This document shows, piece by piece, positions 33,209-40,643 of a stretch of 40,643 bases of DNA. The number at the start of each line of letters is the position of its first letter. Position 1 is the first letter of the stretch. The position numbers and the translations under genes are program-made. Below the pieces are notes generated by a model that saw nothing but the letters and a program-made list of their open reading frames with translations, did no database searches and was not told where the DNA came from. This DNA comes from Chloroflexota bacterium (GTDB taxonomy: Bacteria > Chloroflexota > Limnocylindria > Limnocylindrales > CSP1-4), in contig JBJTJV010000016.1 of the NCBI GenBank assembly GCA_046352645.1, positions 1 to 40,643 of the forward strand, written 5' to 3'.

Positions 33209-34388
33209 GCTGCGCTCCCGCTGCCGCCAGGGTGGTCCGCCCGGCGCGGACGTGGGCGATCGCCGCGGGGATCGCGGCGGCCGCGCGCTCGATCCCCGCG
33301 GGGGACGGGTCCGGTCCGACGCTGATGCGGAGCGCGCCGCGTGCCGAGACGGCGTCGAGGCCGATGGCGGTGAGGACGTGGCTCGGTGCGTCCGATGCGC
33401 TCTGGCAGGCGGAGCCCGTGGAGATCGCCACGCCCGCGAGGTCGCAGGCGATGACGACCTCGTGGCCGAGCACAGCATCCGCGACGACGGACAGGTGGTT
33501 GGGCAGGCGATCTGCGACGGGGCCCGTCCGGCGCACGCCGGGGACACGGAGGATGGCCGCCGCGAGGTGGTCACGAGCAGCGCGCGCCCGCTCCGCCGCG
33601 GCACCGCGGCCGGACCGGAGCTGTGCCGCGGCGGCAGCGAGGCCCGCGGCACCCGGCACGTTCTCCGTGCCCGCCCGGCGATAGCGCTCCTGCGCTCCGC
33701 CGTGCTGCTGGGGCACGATCGCCACGCCCGGGCGGATCCAGAGCGCACCGGTCCCCGCGGGCGCGCCGATCTTGTGGCCGGAGACCGAGACGAGGTCCAC
33801 GTCGAGACCCGCGACCTCGAGCGTGAGCCACGGGAGCGCCTGGACCGCGTCCACGTGGATACGCGCGAGCGGCGCCGCGCGGCGGATCCCCGCGGCGAGC
33901 TCCGCGACGGGCACGATCGTGCCGATCTCGTTGTTCGCGAGCTGGAGGCAGACGAGCACGGTGCGGGCATCGAGGGCATCGACGAGCGCGTCCGGATCCG
34001 GCCTCCCGTCCGCGTCGACCGGCACCGTCGAGACCGCGAAGCCGTAGCGCTCGAGGTGCGCGCAGGCGTCCAGCACCGCCTTGTGCTCCACGCCCGTCAG
34101 GACGATCCGATGCCCGGTCCCCTTCCCTGCCCACGCCGCGCCCTTGATCGCCAGGTTGATCGCCTCGGTCCCGCCGGAGGTGAGCACGAGCGTCCGTGCG
34201 TCCGTGCCCAGGAGCGCGGCGAGCGCGTCGTGCGCATCGTCGATCGCGGCGCGGGCACGTCGGCCGGCGGCGTGCACGGACGACGGGTTCCCCCAGCCGT
34301 CCGCGAGCGCATGCGCCACGGCCGCGCGGACCGCGTCCGGCGGAGGGCTCGTCGCCGCGTGATCGAGGTAGACGAACGGCTCCGTCAC
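33198..34388 (-). CDS. iscS: Cysteine desulfurase (IscS/NifS, class V aminotransferase)
   Basis: ORF 33198..34748 trimmed to GTG 34388 (GTGA overlap). [30 protein letters not shown]-Lys context [16 protein letters not shown], and active Cys in STGSACQS. Confidence 0.93.
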   Translation of the reverse strand: MTEPFVYLDHAATSPPPDAVRAAVAHALADGWGNPSSVHAAGRRARAAIDDAHDALAALLGTDARTLVLTSGGTEAINLAIKGAAWAGKGTGHRIVLTGVEHKAVLDACAHLERYGFAVSTVPVDADGRPDPDALVDALDARTVLVCLQLANNEIGTIVPVAELAAGIRRAAPLARIHVDAVQALPWLTLEVAGLDVDLVSVSGHKIGAPAGTGALWIRPGVAIVPQQHGGAQERYRRAGTENVPGAAGLAAAAAQLRSGRGAAAERARAARDHLAAAILRVPGVRRTGPVADRLPNHLSVVADAVLGHEVVIACDLAGVAISTGSACQSASDAPSHVLTAIGLDAVSARGALRISVGPDPSPAGIERAAAAIPAAIAHVRAGRTTLAAAGAQRGG

Positions 34389-36841
34389 GGCCGGAGACGG
34401 GTCCCCGCCGGGTCCCAGAGCGGTGCGTCCGCCACGGTCGCGCCGACGTCGCGGCCGAAGATGTCGATGCCTGCGCGGCGGCCCGCGACGGCGGCCTCCG
34501 CGGGCAGGTACGCGTAGGCGATGGACCGGTCCACCGCGAAGCCGTAGCCGCCCGACGTCACCCGGCCGACGACGGCTCCGTCCACGGTCACCGGCTCGTT
34601 CCCGAGGCAGACCGCACGCGGATCGTCGAGGACCAGGCAGGCGAGGCGCCGGGTGGGCCCGGCGGTCTGCTTCGCCCGGAGCGCCGGGAATGCGTCTGCG
34701 GGGATCGCCTTGTCGAGGGCGACGGCGAAGCCGAGGCCCGCCTCCCATGGGTCATCCGCGGGCGTGACGTCCGCGGCCCAGGCCCGGTAGCCCTTCTCCA
34801 GGCGGAGCGCCTCGATGGCGCGGTACCCGGCCGGCAGGAGCCCGTGCGGCGCGCCGGCGGCGTGGAGCGTCGCCCAGAGCGCGCGCCCGTACTCGGCCGA
34901 CGCGTAGAGCTCCCACCCGGTCTCCCCCACGTACGTCACGCGGACCGCGAGGACCGGGACGTCGCCCACCGTGATCGACCGGGCGGAGAGGTACGGGAAG
35001 GCCTTGATGGACAGGTCCACGGGCGTCGTGCTCGCAAGGATGGCGGGCGCCGCCGGGCCCCACAGCCCGATGCACGCCCGGGCACCGCTCACGTCATCGA
35101 TGGCGACGCTGCCGTCGTCGGGCATGCGTGCCCGGAGCCAGCCCGCGTCATGCCCGCCGAATGCCGTGCCGGTGATGAGCAGCCAGCGGTCGGGGGCGAG
35201 GCGGGGGAGCGTCACGTCCGCCGCGATGCCGCCCCGGTCGTCGAGGAGCTGCGTGTAGACCACCCGGCCGACCGGCCGGTCGATGTCGTTGCCCGCGGCC
35301 CGCTGGAGGAACGCGAGCGCACCCGACCCGGAGATCTCCAGCTTCGCGAACGAGGAGAGGTCGAACAGGCCCGCGGTCGTGCGGGTCGCGCGCGCCTCGG
35401 CCGCGATGGCAGGCGACCAGTGGCGCCCGGCCCACCCGTCCGGGCGGAGCGCCTCGAGGGCGGCGCGGCCTCCGAAGCGCGGGTCGTCCGCGTTCGGCTC
35501 GAACCAGTTCGCCCGCTCCCAGCCGGACTTCTCGCCGAAGGCCGCGCCGAGGGCGGCGAGCTCGGCGTATGCCGGCGAGGTCCGCAGGGGGCGCCCGGCG
35601 GCACGCTCCTCGTTGGGGTAGTGGATGTCGTAGTAGGTCGCGTAGACCTCGACGGTCCGCTTCAGCGTGTACGCCCGGGACCGGTACGCGCCCCCGAAGC
35701 GTCGGATGTCCATCCGCCACAGGTCGAGCTCGGGCTCCCCCTCGGCGATCCACTGCGCCATCTGCCGCCCGACACCGCCCGCGCCCGCGATCCCGTGGGC
35801 ACAGAACCCCGCCGCCACCCAGAACCCGCGCACCTCGCTCTCGCCGAGGATGAACTCGTTGTCCGGGGTGAACGCCTCCGGGCCGTTGATGAACCGGCGC
35901 ACGCCGGCATCGGCGACCGCGGGCACGCGCCGGACCGCGCCGTCCATGATCTCGGCGAAGCGGGGCATGTCCGGCGTGAGCAGGCGACCGTTGAAGTCCG
36001 CGGGGACCCCGTCCACGGACCAGGGTGCGGGGTCGCGCTCGTAGCCGCCGAGCAGCAGGCCGCCGAGGTCCTCGCGGTAGTAGACGAGGTTGTCCGGGTC
36101 GCGCAGCTGCGGCAGGTCCGCGTGGACCCCGGGGATCGCGTCCGTGAAGAGGTACTGGTGCGCCATCGGGACGATCGGGACGTTCACGCCCGCGAGCCGG
36201 CCGATCTCCGGGGCGTACATCCCGCCCGCGTTCACCACGATCGAGGTCGCGATCGTCGAGCGGTCGCCGCCCTGCTCCACGGTGACGTCGGTCACCTGCC
36301 CATCGGTCACGCCGATCGCGACGACGCGCGCGCCGGTCCGTATCGTCGCACCGCCGGCGCGGGCGCCGGCCGCGAGCGCGAAGGCGAGGTTCGACGGGTC
36401 GAGCCAGCCATCCGTGGGCAGCCAGACCGCGCCGCGGACACCGTCGAGCGACATCAGCGGAAAGCGCTCCTGCGCCTCGCGCGGCCCGAGCAGCTCGATG
36501 GCGAGCCCGAAGGTCTTCGCCCAGGCGGCCTGCCGGCGCAGCTCCTCCATCCGCGCCTCGGAGGAGGCGAGCCGAAGCGAGCCGACCTCGCGCCAGCCGG
36601 GATCGACCCCCGTCTCGGCCGCGAGGCGGCGGTAGAGATCGACCCCGTCCATCATCATCCGCGTCAGCGTGACGCTGCTCCGCAGCTGGCCTACGAGGCC
36701 GGCGCTGTGGAAGGTGGATCCCGAGGTGAGCTCCGCGCGGTCGAGGAGGACGATCTCCTTCCAGCCCTGCAGTACGAGGTGGTAGGCGATCGACGTCCCG
36801 CCGACGCCACCGCCGATGATCACCGCGCGCGCTCGTTCCAT
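34385..36841 (-). CDS. FAD-dependent oxidoreductase fused to an aminomethyltransferase (GcvT) folate-binding domain; dimethylglycine/sarcosine dehydrogenase family
   Basis: ORF 34385..36841, 818 aa. Dinucleotide fold AVIIGGGVGGTSIAYHL, DAO region to about residue 400, then a GcvT-like region GLFDLSSFAKLEISG...VTYVGETGWELY...EALRLEKGY. SD GGGGAGA upstream. Confidence 0.9.
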   Translation of the reverse strand: MERARAVIIGGGVGGTSIAYHLVLQGWKEIVLLDRAELTSGSTFHSAGLVGQLRSSVTLTRMMMDGVDLYRRLAAETGVDPGWREVGSLRLASSEARMEELRRQAAWAKTFGLAIELLGPREAQERFPLMSLDGVRGAVWLPTDGWLDPSNLAFALAAGARAGGATIRTGARVVAIGVTDGQVTDVTVEQGGDRSTIATSIVVNAGGMYAPEIGRLAGVNVPIVPMAHQYLFTDAIPGVHADLPQLRDPDNLVYYREDLGGLLLGGYERDPAPWSVDGVPADFNGRLLTPDMPRFAEIMDGAVRRVPAVADAGVRRFINGPEAFTPDNEFILGESEVRGFWVAAGFCAHGIAGAGGVGRQMAQWIAEGEPELDLWRMDIRRFGGAYRSRAYTLKRTVEVYATYYDIHYPNEERAAGRPLRTSPAYAELAALGAAFGEKSGWERANWFEPNADDPRFGGRAALEALRPDGWAGRHWSPAIAAEARATRTTAGLFDLSSFAKLEISGSGALAFLQRAAGNDIDRPVGRVVYTQLLDDRGGIAADVTLPRLAPDRWLLITGTAFGGHDAGWLRARMPDDGSVAIDDVSGARACIGLWGPAAPAILASTTPVDLSIKAFPYLSARSITVGDVPVLAVRVTYVGETGWELYASAEYGRALWATLHAAGAPHGLLPAGYRAIEALRLEKGYRAWAADVTPADDPWEAGLGFAVALDKAIPADAFPALRAKQTAGPTRRLACLVLDDPRAVCLGNEPVTVDGAVVGRVTSGGYGFAVDRSIAYAYLPAEAAVAGRRAGIDIFGRDVGATVADAPLWDPAGTRLRP

Positions 36842-36916
36842 CCTCGTCTCCCCGTGCGTCGCCCCGCGGGCGGTCGTCCCAGCCTACCCCGGCAGCCCGT
36901 CGTCCGCCGGGCGCCG

Positions 36917-37817
36917 TCAGCGCCCGTTCGAGGTGCTCGGCGGCATATGCGCGGAAGTCGGTGTCGAGATCGCTCACGGCGGACTGGAGGACACCCCACA
37001 TCCCTTCGCGGATGTCGCTCGCGACGCGCAGCACGCGCAGACGGGCGAGCTCCGCGGCGCGCGGGGTGCGTCCACGCCAGGCCGCGAGCAGGGCGACTTC
37101 GGCATCGGCATCGAGCGCGTGGTTGACGGCGAGGTTGCCGAGGTCGAACCACGGGTCGCCCATCGCGGCGTACTCCCAGTCCACGATGCGCACCCGCGAC
37201 CCGTCATCGATAAGGTTGGCGTTGAGCAGGTCGTTGTGGCAGAGGCGGAGAGGCACCGGCGAAGCGGCGAGCGCAGCCTCGATCGTGGCGGACACGAGCG
37301 CGAGGCGGTCGGCGGGCAGGGGCGGGCGGACGCCGCGCGCGCCGGCGAGCGCCCCGTAGAGGGCGGCGATCCGGAGCGGCAGGAAGAGCCCCGGCACGGG
37401 CGCCGCCGCATGGACCGCGCGCAGAGCGGCCGCGCCGGCGGGGATCGCGGCGCCCGAGCGGAGCGCGTCGGCGGCGACCGGGCGCCCGGGGATGAACGCG
37501 GTGACCAGGCAGCCCTCCGGCCGGAGCAGGTCCGCGACGGCGGGTCCCACCCCGGCGGCAGCGGCCGATCGCGCGGCAAGCAGCTCGAGCTCGCGGTCGA
37601 TGCCCAGCAGGCGGGTTCCCTCCCCCGGCAGGCGGAGGACCCAGCCCGGCGTCCCATCGGACGGCCGGATGTGCAGGTTGCGGTTCGTCAGCCCGCCGGC
37701 GAGCGGGACGACATGGGCGTCGGCGGGATCGCAGCCCGGGATGCGCGCGAGGAGCCCGGCAAGGCCGGCGTCGGACCGGCCCGCGGCCGACCGGCGGGGC
37801 GCGTCCGGTGCGGGCAT
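36917..37817 (-). CDS. Choline/ethanolamine-kinase-like phosphotransferase (APH family); the 3' end is anomalous, with a possible frameshift
   Basis: First ~300 codons of ORF 35148..37817. GGLTNRN, Brenner motif LCHNDLLNANLI and IVDWEYAAMGDPWFDLGN. The annotated frame has no stop until 35148. The left coordinate given here is an out-of-frame TGA (36917-36919) located where family members would be expected to end, so the length is not a multiple of 3. Confidence 0.6.
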
Positions 37818-37821
37818 CGGC

Positions 37822-39759
37822 TCAGCCCTCGGCGTCCTGCGCCCGATCCGCGGCTCGCCGCAGGTCCTCCTCGCGCCCGCGCTCGCGACGGCGGTCGGGG
37901 AGGGAGAGCAGGCGCTTGCGGAGCCGGATGCTCGTGGGCGTGACCTCGACGAGCTCGTCCGGTCCGATCAGCTCGATCGCGCTCTCGAGCGTCATCGGGG
38001 GCGGTGGCGTGAGGCGGAGCATCTCGTCGTGGCTGTGCGTCCGGATGTTCGTGAGCTTCTTCTCCTTCGTCGGGTTCACGTCCATGTCCCCGGGTCGGGA
38101 GTTCTCGCCGACGATCATCCCCTCGTACACCTCGACGCCCGCGCCGATGAGCATCGCGGCGCGCTCCTGGAGGCTGAAGAGCGCGTAGGCGTTGCTCGTG
38201 CCCGAGCGATCCGAGACGAGCACCCCGCTCGTGCGCAGGCCGACGTCGCCTGCCCAGGGGCCGTAGCCCTCGCCGATCTGGTGGAGCAGGCCGGTGCCGC
38301 GCGTCTCGGTAAGGAAGCGACCGCGGTAGCCCACGAGCCCGCGCGTCGGGATGACCGCCTCGATCCGGGCGCGCCCGTCGCCGTCCGTGGTCATCTGCTG
38401 GACGCGCGCCTTGCGGGCCGCGAGGCTCGTGGTCACGGTGCCGATGTGCTCGGGCGGGATATCCACGGTGATCCGCTCGTAGGGCTCGCGCGTCTCGCCG
38501 TCCTCCTCGCGGACGAGCACCTCGGGGCGGCTCACCTGGAGCTCGAAGCCTTCACGACGCATCTGCTCCACGAGGACCGCGAGCTGGAGCTCACCCCGGC
38601 CGCGCACCTCGAAGGTCTCCGGCGAGGCCGTCGGATGCACCTCGATGGACACGTTGCCGAGGATCTCGCGCTCCAGCCGTGCGCGCAGCTGGCGCGACGT
38701 GACGTGCTTGCCCTCGCGCCCGGAGAGCGGCGACGTGTTCACGCCGAACGTCATCCGGAGCGTCGGCGCATCCACCGCGAGCCGGGGCAGCGGGCGCGGG
38801 TCGGCCGGGTCGCCGATCGTGTCGCCGATCGTCACGTCCGGGATGCCCGCGACCGCGACGATCTCGCCCGGTCCGGCCTCCGCGATCTCCTCCATCTCGA
38901 TGCCGCGAGCGGTCGTGAGCGAGGTCACCGACCCGGTGATCGTGACCGTGCGCCCGGGCTCGATGCTGCCGTCCTGGCGCTCCTCCTCCTCGCGCACGAT
39001 GACGATCCGCTGCCCGGTCCGGATCGTCCCGTTGCGGATGCGCCCGACCGCCATCCGCCCGACGTAATCGTTGGCGGCGAGGTTCGTGACGAGGAGCTGG
39101 AGCGGGTGGCCCGGGATGTGCACGGGCGCGGGCGTGTGGCGGATGAGGACCTCGAAGAGCGGCCGGAGATCCGTCCCCGGCACGGCGAGGTCGAGCGTCG
39201 CGGTGCCCGCGCGTGCATTCGTGTACACGATGGGGAAGTCGATCTGGTGCTCGTCCGCGCCGAGGTCGAGGAAGAGCTCGTACACGGCGTCCACCACCTC
39301 GGCCGGGCGCGCGTCCCCGCGGTCGAGCTTGTTGATCGCCACGACGACGGGGAGGCGTCGCTCCATCGCCTTGCGCAGGACGTAGCGGGTCTGCGGCAGC
39401 GGCCCCTCCGCCGCGTCCACGAGGAGCAGCACGCCGTCCACCATGAGGAGGCCACGCTCCACCTCGCCGCCGAAGTCCGCGTGGCCCGGGGTGTCCACGA
39501 TGTTCATGCGGACGTCGCCCCAGGTCACCCCGGTCTGCTTGGCGAGGATCGTGATCCCCTTCTCGCGCTCGAGGTCCATGGAATCGAGCACGCGCTCGCC
39601 GACCACCTGGTGGGCGCGGAAGGCCCCGCCCTGGCGGAGCATCGCGTCCACGAGGGTCGTCTTGCCGTGGTCGACATGCGCCACGATGGCGATGTCACGG
39701 AGGTCATGGCGGGTCGCGGTCTCGGGGGACCGGGTCTCGGTCGTCATCGGGACGCGCAT
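37822..39759 (-). CDS. typA: Translational GTPase TypA/BipA
   Basis: ORF 37822..39795 trimmed to ATG 39759 (alternative ATG 39747, MTTETRS). [32 protein letters not shown], and EF-G-like domains with a basic C-terminal tail. Confidence 0.95.
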   Translation of the reverse strand: MRVPMTTETRSPETATRHDLRDIAIVAHVDHGKTTLVDAMLRQGGAFRAHQVVGERVLDSMDLEREKGITILAKQTGVTWGDVRMNIVDTPGHADFGGEVERGLLMVDGVLLLVDAAEGPLPQTRYVLRKAMERRLPVVVAINKLDRGDARPAEVVDAVYELFLDLGADEHQIDFPIVYTNARAGTATLDLAVPGTDLRPLFEVLIRHTPAPVHIPGHPLQLLVTNLAANDYVGRMAVGRIRNGTIRTGQRIVIVREEEERQDGSIEPGRTVTITGSVTSLTTARGIEMEEIAEAGPGEIVAVAGIPDVTIGDTIGDPADPRPLPRLAVDAPTLRMTFGVNTSPLSGREGKHVTSRQLRARLEREILGNVSIEVHPTASPETFEVRGRGELQLAVLVEQMRREGFELQVSRPEVLVREEDGETREPYERITVDIPPEHIGTVTTSLAARKARVQQMTTDGDGRARIEAVIPTRGLVGYRGRFLTETRGTGLLHQIGEGYGPWAGDVGLRTSGVLVSDRSGTSNAYALFSLQERAAMLIGAGVEVYEGMIVGENSRPGDMDVNPTKEKKLTNIRTHSHDEMLRLTPPPPMTLESAIELIGPDELVEVTPTSIRLRKRLLSLPDRRRERGREEDLRRAADRAQDAEG

Positions 39760-39873
39760 GGTCCCACATCCGCCCCGGGGCCGTACCGGACGCACCCTGC
39801 CCCTTCCGGACGCCGCGTCGGCGCGGCGCGGCGTATCCTCCCCCCGACGGCTTCCGCAGGAGCGACCGACCCC

Positions 39874-40643
39874 GTGGAGATCCCCCGCCCGGCCCCGCGC
39901 CCGGCCGACGCCCAGCTCGCAGAGCTCGTGGTCACGAGCCTGTCCGGCATCCAGGCCGGCATCCTCCTGACGCTCGGCCTGCGCGGCTGGGGCGAACCCG
40001 GCATCGGTGGAGGGCCGGTCCCGGGCGTCCTCGCGGTCCTCGGCGCGGGCGTCCTCGCAGGCTGGCTCACGTGGGTGCTCGGCCGCGGTGGCTGGCTCCT
40101 CGCCGGCGCGAGCGTCCCGGTCGCGCTCGTGGCGGGCCTGCTCCTCGTCCTCGGGCCGGCGCTCGGCACGGCCGCCGTCCTCGATCCGCTGCCCGCGCTC
40201 ACGATCCTCGTCGCCGCGATCGTGGGGATCGGCGCAGGGCTCCGGCTGCCGGCGCCGTCCGCGCCACGGATCGTCCCTGTCGGTGCTCCGGGTGCCGGTG
40301 CCCCGAGCCCGGTCGGTGCCGCGCTCGGCGGCCTCGGCGCACGCTTCGCCGCCGGTGCCGCCGCGATCGGGGCCCGCTTCCGGCGCGACCCGGGCCCGCG
40401 CCGTCCCGGCCGCTCGCGTCGCGGACGCGGCCCGCAGGGCCCCGAGCTGCCCCCGACACGGCCGGCGCCCGCGAACCGACCTGGCGCTACCGACCGGCCC
40501 GCAGGCACGACGTCGTCCGGCACCGGAGCGGCACCTGCGCGTCCGGCGACCAGCTCCCGCTTCCTCGGGACGGCGCGGAGCGGGGACGGCATGGAGCTGC
40601 CGCTCGACGCGCAGCCGACCCGGCCGACCGGTGCGCTCGCGCG
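39874..40643 (+). CDS. Hypothetical membrane protein: about four TM helices followed by a Pro/Arg/Gly-rich region. Partial, running off the right edge.
   Basis: Not in the ORF track because it has no stop in the window. Plus-strand frame from GTG 39874 reads [40 protein letters not shown]...[19 protein letters not shown]...[23 protein letters not shown]...[15 protein letters not shown], with nearly every codon ending in G/C. AGGAG lies 11 nt upstream. This is the first start codon in this frame after the typA start. Confidence 0.45.
   Translation, partial: MEIPRPAPRPADAQLAELVVTSLSGIQAGILLTLGLRGWGEPGIGGGPVPGVLAVLGAGVLAGWLTWVLGRGGWLLAGASVPVALVAGLLLVLGPALGTAAVLDPLPALTILVAAIVGIGAGLRLPAPSAPRIVPVGAPGAGAPSPVGAALGGLGARFAAGAAAIGARFRRDPGPRRPGRSRRGRGPQGPELPPTRPAPANRPGATDRPAGTTSSGTGAAPARPATSSRFLGTARSGDGMELPLDAQPTRPTGALA

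Noticed and set aside
28244-33325. A giant 1693-aa plus-strand ORF, and similar ones at 15070..18228 (1052 aa), 24641..27961 (1106 aa), 34196..37126 (976 aa), 6185..8707 (840 aa), 2070..4571 (833 aa) and 10611..12893 (760 aa).
   Set aside because: They lie antisense to minus-strand genes with unmistakable family motifs (alaS, mnmA, recN, der and others). Their translations are Arg/Ala/Pro/Gly low complexity with no recognisable domains. Stop-free antisense frames are expected in DNA this GC-rich. I treat them as shadow ORFs.
36842-36916. Programmed +1 frameshift fusing the kinase ORF to the downstream DAO+GcvT dehydrogenase.
   Set aside because: The dehydrogenase frame contains stops at 36974-36976, at 36917-36919 and a TAG about 45 nt before its ATG. 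I see no slippery or shift-prone motif in the short open window. The dehydrogenase also has its own SD and ATG. A simple indel or ordinary separate genes is more parsimonious.
39744-40592. A 282-aa minus-strand ORF at the right edge.
   Set aside because: Its translation is Pro/Arg/Ala/Gly low complexity and it would overlap the typA start region. The opposite strand gives a clean multi-TM protein with codon third positions almost uniformly G/C.
1-40643. CRISPR arrays, IS elements, toxin-antitoxin pairs, restriction-modification or other defence systems.
   Set aside because: I saw no regularly spaced direct repeats, no terminal inverted repeats, no transposase or nuclease/methylase-like ORFs, and no compositionally distinct segment anywhere in the window.

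Overview
This is a very GC-rich 40.6 kb stretch of core genome. I call 36 protein genes and one tRNA-Pro(GGG), all on the minus strand from about 39759 down to position 1. One divergent, partial membrane-protein gene lies on the plus strand at the right edge. Gene content is mostly housekeeping. From right to left: typA, an APH/choline-kinase-like gene, a DAO+GcvT amine dehydrogenase, iscS-mnmA, alaS, an FtsA-like ATPase with a membrane partner, ruvX-mltG, an M24 peptidase, efp, xseAB, dxs, tlyA-nadK-recN, xerD, a PH/SHOCT membrane protein, an M50 protease, an HD protein, scpAB, an rluB-cmk fusion, plsC, ispH, der, tRNA-Pro, a CE4 deacetylase, a secreted unknown, an OsmC-family protein, an aldehyde dehydrogenase, DUF4332, DUF1461 and moeA. 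Several blocks match synteny known from Mycobacterium and Streptomyces: tlyA-nadK-recN, scpA-scpB-rluB-cmk-der, alaS-ruvX-mltG, peptidase-efp and iscS-mnmA. I therefore read this as a deep-branching, actinobacterial-type chromosome. Many junctions are 4-nt NTGA stop/start overlaps. I found no CRISPR array, transposase, phage integrase, toxin-antitoxin pair or recognisable defence genes, and I cannot point to a clear-cut new system. The best candidate is the orphan FtsA-like actin-fold ATPase plus a bitopic membrane protein, inserted between alaS and ruvX-mltG. Other points worth a second look:
- an in-frame RluB-Cmk fusion
- a kinase ORF with no stop codon for 1.7 kb
- an Arg32-type EF-P
- candidate leaderless promoters that share a 12-mer
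- a tlyA with no canonical start codon
The many very long plus-strand ORFs in the track are antisense shadows of the kind expected in GC-rich DNA. All start codons are inferred by eye and are less certain than the stops.
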